A stretch of DNA of 53,954 nucleotides, the filler included, from Sphacelaria rigidula (Eukaryota): NCBI GenBank assembly GCA_964200075.2. It is 5 parts of 5 records of this genome, joined end to end, with 100 filler letters (N's around TTAATTAATTAA, not from the genome) between each part and the next. Parts side by side here need not be neighbours in the genome. Positions count along the whole stretch, not along the records: positions 21,625 to 32,335 come from CAXNAA020006042.1; positions 32,436 to 43,145 come from CAXNAA020006043.1; 3 more parts are not named here. The stretch is one strand, 5' to 3'. This document shows, one piece after another, positions 23,381 through 34,304 of the stretch. The notes below the pieces were generated by a model that saw only the letters and a program-made list of their open reading frames with translations, made no database searches and was not told where the DNA came from. The position numbers and the translations under genes were made by a program. Every line of letters begins with the position of its first letter. Positions within the stretch are counted from its first letter, which is position 1.

Positions 23381-24042
23381 TGCATACGATTGGGTCACTG
23401 CGGCGAAGATCATGGGCAAATGGCATATTGGAGTCGAAAAAGGAGCAGAAGAGTTTGAGGACACGTGGCGACGCGCGGACAAACGAGAATCAGACCGCCT
23501 TCACAAGCGAGAGGCTGCTGCGTCGAGAGCCATTAATCGAGTAATCCAGCCTGCTCACATCGATTGTTGATTATGTCCTTAGTCAGTGGCTCTGCGGTGC
23601 CCAATGGTGTGTGTCTGTATCTACTCTGCTGCCCTGAATCCCTCGGGCTTTTTCCTTTTACATTATTTCATTCAAGTTTTTTTTTTCCTAGATCGGCCAT
23701 CTCTTTCTGCGCTTTTTTTTTTTTCTGTTTCTTCTTTTTTTTAGCGAGTGTTTCTTTTTTTTTTTTCTTGGGTACGTCTTTTATTCGACCACGGCTGGTC
23801 CCTTNNNNNNNNNNCCGGCGGAGGCCGCCTTGGGTGCTTCGGCCTTGTCCGTTTTACATTATTTCGTTCTTGTTTTTTTTTTCCTCGATCGGCCCTCTCT
23901 TTCTGCGCTTTTTTTTTTTCTGTTCCTTCTTTTCTTCAGCGAGTGTTTCTGTTTTGATTTCCTTGGGTACGTCTATCATGCGACCACGGCTGGACCCATG
24001 GGTGGTCGCTTAAAGTGCGACAATCAATCAAAATCAATCAAA
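23381..24042 (+). mobile_element. 5'-truncated RTE-type LINE 3' end with duplicated 3' UTR and (CAAT)n tail
   Basis: gtcactgcggcgaagatcatgggcaaatggc...gagtcgaaaaagg is homologous to the minus strand of 35060-35140 in the long LINE. Encodes GKWHIGVEKGAEEFEDTW and ends gtgcgacaatcaatcaaaatcaatc. Confidence 0.8.
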
Positions 24043-24514
24043 TTCGCCTAATACCGATCGCATTCCGTCGAAGTAGTAGGTCGGGTGAGCGTTTGCAACA
24101 CTCACCATGATGTTCGGAAGGTGGCTCTTGTGCTGTACGCGCAAGATTCGATCGTAATTGTGGTCGGTTGCGGGCGATTAAACCGAATTTCGGGAAAAAA
24201 GCGGACAATCCCAAAAATATTCCCACACAAATCTCAAACAGAGCCCCCCAAATCCCCCCAAATGGGACGAATTCTGTCCTAAGCATTCTTTGATACAGTT
24301 ATCACGATTTATTTTCGTGTGAGCATCTCCGTAATTTTTTTTATCTCTTCGATGGAGTTAACACTACCATTGCAGGCACCTCCACAGGGGAGGTATGATC
24401 TGTGCACCCCGTAACCGACTACTCTCGTTGGACAGAGAAAGTGTAATTAGCTTTCCTACCTCAACGAAGCCCCACTGAATAGATTATACCGTGTTTTTTT
24501 TTCGGTTGTGTTAA

Positions 24515-25455
24515 TTTTTGCGGTAACCATGATGGTGGTCGAGCTAGATCATATTGTGTGGGGCGAAGAACCTCAATTCCGCGCAAAGGGGATGATCGTG
24601 CTGCGCAATGTTTTCGAATGGTGAAACACCCATGGGGGTGTAGAGCCCGTATCTGTCTCTAGAAGCAGCGATACCAGATATTGAAGCAAATCATTGAAGG
24701 CTGTTATTTATATGCAATAAGGTCAGTACACTTCGGACCGAAAATCTTAACAGGATGCAGCTCATCCTTCATGCGACTCGCCGAACACACCACGACGCTT
24801 CGTACTTAATGATTGCGAGCGAGGTCGGGCGAAAACGTGGCGGGCTCTGTCTCGCCTTTGAAGAGATGTGGGGTCAATGGTCATATGACTTCGTACCCCC
24901 CCTGCCCGCCCGCCCGCCCCCCCGGCGAAAACCCGGGGTGCTCTGTTCCGGCTTTGTAGGGGCGGGCCCCCTATGGAGTTGGCGTGGGTTGGCGATGACG
25001 CTGTTAAACACGCCACTCACTTTGTAATCTATGCAACCCAGGTTACCGATTTGTTTTGCGCGCTTGCTTTTTTTTGCGGTAACCATGATGATGGCCCAGC
25101 GAAATCGTATTGTGCGGGGACTGAGCCTTAACTTCGCGCAAAGGAGATGATCGTACTACGTGATGTTTAAATGGTGGAACGCCCATAGGGCAGTGTATAA
25201 ACCGCGGCTGTCTCTACAGGTGGGGCTACCGCAAAATGAAGCAACTCATCAGAGGTTGCTATTCAAATGCAAGATCATCAATAGGCTTCGGGCCGAACAA
25301 TCTTAGCAGGATGCAGTTCACCCTTCATGCGACTCCTCGAACACACCACGGCGCTTCGCGCTTGGTTTGATTAGTTGCGAGCCTGGTCCGGCAAAAACCT
25401 GGCGTGCTCCGTCCCGACTTCGTAGGGATGCGAGGTCGATGGTCTTGTGACTACG
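24515..25455 (+). repeat. Two diverged direct copies of family R1 (~24515-24890 and ~25070-25455)
   Basis: Both begin tttttgcggtaaccatgatg and stay collinear for ~380 bp, with a period of about 560 bp. Confidence 0.8.
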
Positions 25456-26390
25456 GCATTCAAGATCATGAGTACACCCCTTTCCTTTACTTCACATGCA
25501 GAATGGCATGTTTGCTTGACACGCAGTACGCATATTTACATTTCTCTGCTGAAATGTCTGCGTCCGTCTATAATGTCTTCGTATTACACCGAGATCATAT
25601 TTCGGATGGTGGTAATGGCATGCGTGCTCGGGAATGCTCACGATAGCGCGCCTGTTCAAACTTACGTTGAGAAAAAGTGATTTCACGAGTGTGCTACAAC
25701 TCACTCCGTGCTTAAAGCTGTCTTCGGGGGCGCTTGTCTAGGCCCTTTGAGAGGTGACCTCCCACCAAATACGCCCACGGGGTCTGTGGTAGCAAGGCGA
25801 AGCTTCCTTTCTGCGGTAAGGATAATTCAGCATCACGTACAGCATTGACGTTTTATCAGGCTCTGGCTATGCAACGTTGTCCCGAGAGCTCACGTGCACA
25901 TCAACTCCAATTCTACCGCTCCCCTACCCGTCCCCACCCCTCACGATCGCTCCCCTGTCACACGGCATCACACAGGGTTTCCTGCAGCCGAGACCCTTCG
26001 CTTCTGCATCGTTCTCCCCCTTCCCCATCCTGTCTCTCCTTAGCGGTCCAGCTACCAGCGCCATTTTGACCATGTCTCGCGCGGCTGCGCATCACTTTCA
26101 TGGCATCTACGGCGCTGCCGACAGTAGACGTCACGGGGAGGGTGCGGTGGCGCTGAGAGCGGTCAGCTTTTGGACGTCTGATTCCCCTTGGCAGGTGCTG
26201 TACGCGAAGAAACTGCGGTATACACACGGTCATGTATACTGCTAGATGAAATATAGACGTGACATCATTGGTCCCTGTAAATTTGTAGGGCTATTTATTC
26301 GCAACAACGTATTGTTCTGCCCTTGTTCGTGTTTGTCTTTATGTCGTATTTTGTCGTTGTTTGTTTTTTCATCTTCAGTACATTGTTTCG

Positions 26391-26424
26391 TTGCTGCTGC
26401 TGCTGCTGCTGCTGCTGTTGTTGT

Positions 26425-26465
<41 letters not shown>

Positions 26466-26472
26466 TTGTTGC

Positions 26473-26542
<70 letters not shown>

Positions 26543-26545
26543 GCT
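26391..26545. repeat. Compound microsatellite (GCT)n/(GTTGCT)n/(GTT)n
   Basis: Directly visible. It explains the poly-C, poly-L, poly-V and poly-N ORFs in the track. Confidence 0.95.
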
Positions 26546-26591
26546 CCCTGGATTCTGTGTCTGTCTGCTACTTTTTTTCGTCCTGTTTAAT

Positions 26592-26912
26592 TTTTTCAAT
26601 GATTTCGCACATCAGATGAACCCCCTGAGATCCAAACATGCTAACATGATGGACGTACCCGAGATTAGAAAAGAGGGAGGCACCCGCTGAGGAAAAGTGA
26701 AGAACAGAAAGGCAGAACAGTCGGACAGAGTAGACTAAGAGAAAGGGAGGAAAAGGAAGAAAAAAAGAGAAGAAGAACAAAGAAAGGAGAGCTAAAACTT
26801 GTCAGCCTCTGCAACCTGATGTCGGTGGAAAAGGTCTCGGGCGGAAAACACACAGTCATCACTCATTCCCAGTTGGACACATTAAAGGCCGTGGGAACAG
26901 ATGGCGGCTCTT
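26592..26912 (-). mobile_element. Diverged RTE-type LINE 3' UTR and terminus
   Basis: Minus strand ends gggtacgtccatcatg...tgatgtgcgaaatcattg; homologous to 21722-21962. Confidence 0.55.
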
Positions 26913-27374
26913 CTATTTCGATTCCACTTTTTTGGGTATGAAGCTCTCATCGATGAGTAGAGCAGGTACAAACGTACACCAGGGAGCACTGCAAAACCAC
27001 CGGTCTAGAACAAACTCAGCAACCTATGGACAAACAGGGGCACATCGGCCTCTGTATTAGCCCACAATGTTTGCCAAGACATTATTTTGGGCAGTGCGTG
27101 CTCATTGTAGAATATCGTACGTATCAACATCATTGAATTGATGCAGCACATTTTCGTGCAAATCATTTGGCATGTACCCCTAAGCGGGACCTTGATTCGC
27201 AAATCGTCCTGCACATCCCTCTATCCCGCTGCCCCCCCCCCGCCGCGCTGTGGCTGCCTTGTTCATCCTGAATATGCGTCGTTCTCCATGGCGGTTCTTC
27301 TGGATACGTCGTGCCGACCTGCAGCCTCTCTGGAACTTGGTATTACTGTTATTGACGCTTTCGTCGCACATCAG

Positions 27375-27482
27375 ACTGGTGCTGTTTTTGTGGGGAGGTC
27401 CAAGGTCGGCGCAGCGGGCGGGGGCGGTACTGACGGCCCTTGCGGTCAACGTGCTTCCGCTGTTCGCCGCGGACCTCATCAG
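27375..27482 (+). CDS. Candidate internal exon, probably of a membrane protein
   Basis: cag acceptor at 27372-27374 and AG|gtacgc donor; length 108 bp. The GC3-rich frame gives LVLFLWGGPRSAQRAGAVLTALAVNVLPLFAADLI. A second frame is also open, so the frame is uncertain. Confidence 0.45.
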
Positions 27483-29326
27483 GTACGCCCTTGTTTTTGC
27501 CTGTACTGTAGGTAAATCGCCTCGTTGTACACAGGCATGCGATTTCGCCCGGAGTGAAGACCCGCTGATCTGACCAAGAAGCATGGTAGTGTTTCAAGGC
27601 AAACTCAGTCCTAAGATTTTCAGACGTTCCAGTACTTGCAATGTTTGTTGTTGATGTTGTTGTCTTACGCTGAAAACCGTTCCGATATCTGCGCAGTACT
27701 CTGTACTGGGCATCTGATGCGGATACCTTCCGTGGTCACAGGGTAACTACTACCGTGAATAAGGTGTGAGGAAATCAAACAAATAATATCGGACCCAGAA
27801 AAAATCACTCAGACGCGATTGAAAAACGTGGACAAATGAAAGAAGAAAATACCGTTAACCTAGTAAGTCCCGGTGCCAAAGGCGACCATTCGGTCTCCCG
27901 GAGGCAGGGCCCAATGGTCCACTCAACACGCGAAGCGAAACAGGAATGGAGCCGAACTCAGAAACCAAGATCGCCAACCATGACGATAAGAATCGCATGG
28001 TTTTATCCTTGTACCTTCAGAGGGACAGCCATGTGTACGAATATACTAGGAATAACAGGAAATGTACCACATAACAACACACACCACCTCGGGGGAGGGG
28101 AACATGAAAGGCAGCATTGGTGGGAAAAAGGCATGGGGAGTTGATGAGGAGTCCTGCCTCCTCACTCATGTTCAGTTCGATACAAGCTGGCTGCGCGTTT
28201 TTCCTCTCCTTCCTTGCATTAGTATGGACACGTCGGCGTAGCAAATTTGACGTCGATTTGTTCTTTCCCCACTCGTCCCCCAACCCACGCGCCCATCTGG
28301 TAAACATCGGGAAAATAATGCAGTGTCAAGTGCTGCACCCACTTTCCTCAGTACTTGTATTTCAACGGATTCATGGAGGTCGATAGACTGCTGGAGTGCT
28401 GATCCAATGCCCGGGCATACAGCGCGAAGGCAGGTACCGAGGGGGGGGAGGACGGATGCGATCTCTCGAGTGCGAGCTCATCACGGAAACTGGTAGGGGC
28501 TGAAAGTAGCAAATATGGTTCGAGCAAGAATCAAGGACCCGAGCCTTTGCCCAAGTAGGCGTTTCTCCTTTGGCGGGCCGCGTCTGTACATTTATTCAGG
28601 CCAATACGTGGTTATTCGCCCGCCGCACCAGACGGATACCATGAAAACAGAGCGGGTGGATCGGGTTTTGAGCGACCGCCCATTTTTGGCAGCGTTTCAT
28701 CGCGTGGAAACCCTGTGCACGACCAAAACGAAGCCGTAAGGTGGGGTATGGTCGATGATTCTCTCATGTGTCCTTACCTTCGGTCCGCGTATTACTTGAG
28801 TAGAACGCGGAGCGCTACTCGTGATGTTCAAGATACACCACGACCTTACTTCCGGCGGAGTCACTTTCATTCGCTTTCCTTCGACTGTGTTGCCAATATC
28901 ACGATGGTCGAGATCTAAGTGACCGTGTAGGCGACGGAACTAAGCGATGGCTAACGACTTCTTCCGGAAACACCGGCCGTGGAATGGATTGGAAAAAAAC
29001 ATACACATGGATGTCTCGTCTTGCCAGTTGTGGAAGAGCAAGGGTATTTATTGAATGGTAAGCCACTTTTTAGGGAACAGGACAAGAGTGGGTCGAGTCA
29101 CCTCCTTTCCAGGCAAGACGGCGGTAATGATAAAGCACAACCTCGGGATCTGCCCGGCAGAAATATGGAAGGACCTAGAACGTCTCCATCGCTTGTTTCT
29201 ACGGTATGAACAAATTCACCGCACCCTTACTGGACCCTGTCGGGGTGTGCAGCTGATCCCGACCTCACGGCACAACAGTGAAGGCCGAGTAACCATCTCT
29301 CACATATCATTGTTTCGCGAAAGTTG

Positions 29327-30341
29327 CAGGGCCCAACGGAACCCAACGAGTCGCGACACACTAGAATGTGTCTCCCGAAACCAAGCGCTGCCGTGTTGAG
29401 ATACTGCTGCTGTACGCGCGCACGACCCTTGTGTGTGTAAGGTGGAGAGGTAGAGCGAGCGTGTGTGCAGACTCAGCGCCTCGGTGGCGTATGGCAGCTA
29501 TTGGGCCGATTCGCGCGTCTGCTTGTATTCTGGACTGTGTCGGCATCTGCCGACCTGCTCGGACGGTTCTGCTGTGTCGAAAGTGCCCAGGGCCGTTGTG
29601 CCGCCCGACGAACGCTGTCGTTGCCCGACAACCGTTGTGTTACCCCGAAAATAGCACAAATTCAACATTCATCTGTTGTCTGAACGGGGTGAGAGACCTG
29701 CCCTCACATTTGTCGGGAAAACGCAGAAGCCCTCCGAAAATATCCCCGATTTTTCATGAAGAAAGGCCCGGTTGGTGATACCATTTTGTGGAGGTATCTC
29801 AAACTTGAGGATCCCGGTATATAGAATGGGGTTGTCTGAAATCGAGGCTGCCGGTATATTTCACGCCATCGTAACTTACTGTATTACTGTGAAATACACC
29901 GGGAACATCGATTTCGAGGTACAGTCGACCCCGCCATAAGGACGCACATGATGTTTCGGGAAAAAAAGCGTCCTTGAAGCGGGGTTTCATCCTTGAATTT
30001 CAGGGGACGATAGCTCACCATCCCACCAGAGGTGAAAAAAAGGAACCCGCAGAGTAAAAAATGGTACATACCCTACTAGTTGCACTTTCTGTCGGGCCCC
30101 CTGGTTTGAGAAAAAAAATCTCGTCCTTAAAGCGGGGAGTTTCCTTACCAGGAGCGTCCTTAAAGCGGGGTCGACTGTAGCTCTAGTGACTCATGTTCAC
30201 TTCATGTATGCAGCATATGCAGCAGCAGCAGCGAAGGGCATACTCTCCGTACAGAGCAGTGACACAGCGATCCTCTTCGCACCTAACATTTCTTGGCCAT
30301 ATTAGTTTGGGTCGCGACCCGTTGGGTTCCGTTGGGGTCTG
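29327..30341. mobile_element. Old ~1-kb non-autonomous TIR element with CAG termini
   Basis: cagggcccaacggaacccaacgagtcgcgac versus gtcgcgacccgttgggttccgttggggtctg form a 31-bp inverted pair. No clean TSD. Confidence 0.5.
29922..30177. mobile_element. pogo/Tigger-like (Tc1/mariner superfamily) MITE
   Basis: TA|cagtcgaccccgccataaggacgc...gcgtccttaaagcggggtcgactg|TA, with internal repeats of gtcctt(a/g)aagcgggg. Confidence 0.85.
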
Positions 30342-31469
30342 CGACTGATGCAGAGCAACAATATGTGAGAGGTCATTGTCGTCGTTCATGTTTGTCCTAC
30401 GGTGAGGCAGCCATCATCTGCATACACACCCCGATAGAGTCTGGTTTGTGTGCGGCAGTTTTCTCCAGGCCATAGGAGGATACGGTCGGCTAGGCACAGG
30501 TCGTCCTTGGAACCGGGATCCTCTGAATCGACACTAGTCTGCTATCCACGTTTGCTCCGCGGTAGTGCCAAGTATGGTGCCCTGTGACCGACTATCGGTG
30601 ACGCCGATCAATCGTCGCGTGCGAGTAGTCTTCTGCAGAGGGTGCTCTTGTTCAGTGCCAAGGTAGAACTATGCAGAATCTGAGTTGAGAATGACGAAGG
30701 TTGTCGTCGCTTGTTCTTTTCTTTTTTTTCTTCTGTTTGTCTCACCTCTAGCCCCTCCCTCCGGGACCAGTCCGTGGCCTCGAAGCATCGGTTCGTCTCT
30801 CCCCTGGGGCACGCCTGACATATTGGTATCGCGGATTGAATCATGACCATCAACACTCTTGCAACGCGGTGACTGTCGTCTCAGAAACTCAAAGCGAAAC
30901 TGATTCTTTTCGTATCTCGGGCCCTCAAGGCTCTCACGACGGTATCAATATACTGTACTTGTGAGGAAAAAATGACAAACAAGACGCACCTGGTGGGAAT
31001 ACAACCCACGCTTTGCCCTGCGCTGATGGCGTTTGTAGTAGCGTTGGACCACCGGGAAATGCTGCACGAAAAAATAAGCCATTCGCCCGAAGACGACCCC
31101 ATTCAGGAGTTGACGTTCTCTTGACCGTTTGAAACGACGCCTTCCGCAGTCGCATCACCTGAGTGTCGAGCATTTTCCGCATGAAGCACTTGTCGTGCTT
31201 TCTCATGAGGCCCATATTAATGATACCAGAAAGTGAGTGATGGAGATCCCAGCCGTTTCTGAATTCCGTGTGCGTTCGTGTGTTTGTGTTTCCGATTGGT
31301 TGTGAACTAATGCCAGATAATCGTCGCCCCGGAAATCATTTTTGCGGAAATTAGAATTCGAAGGATTAATTTTTTGTTTTCGTGAGAGCGGACGAGCATT
31401 CGCGTGGGAATGCCGAGGGAACGACACATAGTTGCAAGGCGTGGGCTGTTCCGCTCTTCATGGGGAGCA

Positions 31470-31718
31470 CAGCTGGCTTTCCAATCACCAGCAGTAGCCA
31501 CGCGTTGAATACACAGCCGATGTGCACAGCTCCCGAAGAGATGCGCGCAGCTATATCTTCCAACACTTCGCCGAGTGAGCAAGCTTGGACCCCTCGGTGG
31601 GGAGTACGGACCAGCGATTCCCGGCGGGGTATCGATCACGCGCAAGGTGTGCGGGCGTTGTCGCACGGTTGAAACGCAGACCGTCTCCTGCACGAAGAAG
31701 TTCAGCAGCAGCAGCAGG
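31470..31718 (-). repeat. Dispersed repeat family R2, copy 1
   Basis: Reverse complement aligns with 50055-50310 and 50540-50795 (core cgtgcgacaacgccc...cttgcgcgtgat). Confidence 0.8.
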
Positions 31719-31722
31719 ACGT

Positions 31723-31821
31723 TTGCCACAGCCCATTTCTCCATACTGTGTCATGAGCCTTTTGTACGTCCAAAACAAAACAGTACGTTGTCAGCCCGGC
31801 GTCGTTCGTACCTTGGATAAT
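31723..31821 (-). mobile_element. Short non-LTR reverse-transcriptase fragment
   Basis: IIQGTNDAGLTTYCFVLDVQKAHDTVWRNGLW matches the LINE RT D-x-x-K-A-(Y/F)-D-x-V motif. Confidence 0.75.
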
Positions 31822-31936
31822 CGTACTTGATGTGTACGCATGGTCTACGCAACCACAGTTTGGTTCAAATCCTGTTTGGGCGCTGATTTTTTCGCCCTTT
31901 TCTAGCACCGTTCCTACCCTATCGTTCGGAATCTTA

Positions 31937-32163
31937 CAGGAAGCTTTCAAGGGTAGGTTGAGTAGAGCATGCTCAATCGCGGGGTATTCTGAAAGTCGTA
32001 CTTCAAGTACACAGATTGGGGGTAGGGTTTTAGGGATTTCTTTCCAGTTATTTTTTGGGTACGGCTCCTGACACCGTACCCTAATTTGAGTACCTGAAGT
32101 ACGTCTTTCAAAATACCCCGCAATTGAGGTTACTCTTCTCGACCTGCCCTTGGAAGCTTTCCC
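31937..32163. mobile_element. Foldback MITE with ~90-bp inverted arms
   Basis: 31939-32028 pairs with 32072-32162 (e.g. gcggggtattctgaaagtcgtacttca / tgaagtacgtctttcaaaataccccgc). TA flanks both ends. Confidence 0.75.
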
Positions 32164-32203
32164 TACCGTGGTCAGTAGCGTTTTCCCTCTATAGTTCCGT
32201 CGC

Positions 32204-32267
32204 GCCCCGGTGGTGTAATGGTCCGACTGTCGCCATTAGGATGGAGAGAACGGGGGTTCGATTCCCG
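32204..32267 (+). mobile_element. tRNA-derived SINE head or tRNA pseudogene fragment
   Basis: A-box TGGTGTAATGG (32211-32221) and B-box GGTTCGATTCC (32255-32265). The 3' acceptor strand is missing because the sequence is interrupted by a LINE tail. Confidence 0.6.
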
Positions 32268-32268
32268 A

Positions 32269-32335
32269 TTTATTATTATTATTATTATTTCCGCACATTA
32301 GTCCGATCTCGCGAACCCGTGGTCACAGACGTAGG
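32269..32335 (-). mobile_element. LINE/SINE 3' end (family A) with (AAT)n tail, cut by the contig end
   Basis: Identical to 7030-7083 over the shared span. Confidence 0.8.
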
Positions 32336-32435
32336 NNNNNNNNNNNNNNNNNNNNNNNNNNNNNNNNNNNNNNNNNNNNTTAATTAATTAANNNNNNNNN
32401 NNNNNNNNNNNNNNNNNNNNNNNNNNNNNNNNNNN
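32336..32435. other. Artificial contig linker
   Basis: N44-TTAATTAATTAA-N44. Confidence 0.98.
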
Positions 32436-33773
32436 CCCCCGCGCCCCTCTCCTGATCTTTTTCCTCTCCCCTCCCCTTCCATTTGAACTGTGGGGGGGGG
32501 GGGGGGGGGGGGGTCACTCCTGTGTTGCCTATTTCAGCTACGAGACCATCGACCACGCGTCCTTGAGAGTAGGAGCTTTGCTTTTTTTAACTCTCTACAC
32601 AGCGACTGGTCACGAATGACTAGTTGCTTTCTACTTTGGCAGAGGTACTAAGTCTTGAGAATGTCTCACCCTTTGAGTGCTTTTTACTACTGCTTGGTAA
32701 CCTCCAACGTTCGAATTGCTTCCGCCTGTATTACCTCCCGATTTGTTTCGCCACCTTGCTTTCGATACAAGCACACGCACCTCCGTTTCAAGCATCTTGT
32801 CGTACAGCAAAAACAGCCACAAGTACACACCATCCTCATCTTTCGTTCTCGTTTTCACAATTCTTTCTATTGACACAGGTGCTCCATTCAGCACAACATC
32901 CCCATTTTCGACTCTTGCTTGGGAGATGGTTCGTGAATTTCCTCTTCTCTAGGCACACCTGCTACATAGAGTACAAAGTCGCCATGAAAAGCTCTTCAGT
33001 GCTTGAACGCTTTGTATTTTTACGACAGAAGCATTGGCATACTGAAGACCCTTCACAGACGTCCGCATGAGCACACATAGTCCCAACATGACTGCTTCGC
33101 AGCAAAAGGGTTTGGCGCCTTGGCTTTCTCGTTGGGTGAGCCCTTTTCACCTTCCACCATTTCGCTTGATGAGCGTATCAACCTCCTGCTTGTCAAGTTT
33201 TCCATCTCCCGGCTTGATCTTCCGTTTCGCCCCCGCCTTCTCGCTCCACCAAGCGTCCACGTCATCGCCTTCTCGCACGGGAGACTAGAGTGAGAGCGGT
33301 TGCGTGCGAGGAAAAAAGAGAATTGTATCAGTGGAAAAGGGCGATAGGATGGTATGAGGTTTGAGTGCTACCCACTTTTAGGGTTCCGAGTTCCATCTCT
33401 AGATTGTTATGAGGCACAGGCTGAAGAGCATGAGATTGTGCACAAGCACAACATATTGAACTATACGTGTATAATTTCGAGCTTAATTTCGAATGGCGTA
33501 TGACAAACTGGAAACGTGAAATAGTGCTTCTACTTCGAGAAACGAAACGAAGAACTATCCAAGCATTAGCAACGCTAAATATTGGCCTCGAGCGGCCAAT
33601 TACGTCGAAAAACGCGGCGGGGTAGATGGCGCACGGCAACACATCACCGGAACTTGTCAAAGGAGGCGTTTTTCGAGGTACGAGATGAAGGCGAATGAAA
33701 CATGGTGGCTTGCTAACATGAGACGTACTTAGCGCCGGCAGTGACATCCAGATATTCGTTGGATGAATGTTAG

Positions 33774-33829
33774 ACCAAAGATCACTTTCGCCCGCGAAAC
33801 AACCAAAGATCACTTTCGCCCGCGAAACA
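33774..33829. repeat. Perfect 28-bp tandem duplication
   Basis: accaaagatcactttcgcccgcgaaaca occurs twice in tandem. Confidence 0.9.
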
Positions 33830-34304
33830 AGTGACAGCACTCACGGTATAAAACCCGTCGCCAAGCACACAAAACTCCATCTGCACGCCTTTCTCCGTCA
33901 CGAACACATTCGCTTCCACTTCCATTCCCCCCGCCCCGCCACCCCTATCACCCCCACCCCCCACAGCAAACAACGACGACACTTGGTGACCAGCGCGCCT
34001 CGCGACCCTCTTTCCCTTGTCACCCGCGGCCGCCCGCCCCCTGGTGCGCTTCCTCCCGACTGCCGCGCCGCGGGCGCCGGCGTCGAGGGCTGAGACGGCA
34101 GAGGAGCGGGGGCGGGAGGCGAGGGCTGCTAGACCCGTGGTGTCAAGACAGCCTTCGACCCCCTTGTCGAAGCGGATTCTCGTGATCCGAGGGAATCTGT
34201 GAGGTGCGTGTGTATGTCGAGGAGGGGGAGGAGTTTGTGGAATTCGATAAAGCTCTAGATATAGCCCGTGTGTATATATATATATATATAGCTCTCTGAT
34301 GAGG

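Noticed and set aside
26044..26194. Exon splicing to 27375-27482
   Set aside because: Its only open frame ends in phase 0, which is incompatible with the preferred frame of the downstream exon, and the product is unrecognisable.
26246..26690. Poly-Cys, poly-Leu, poly-Val and poly-Asn ORFs
   Set aside because: They are translations of the GCT/GTT microsatellite.
33967..34203. GC-rich exon between cag and gtgcgt
   Set aside because: All three frames contain stops, so it is at best a decayed exon.
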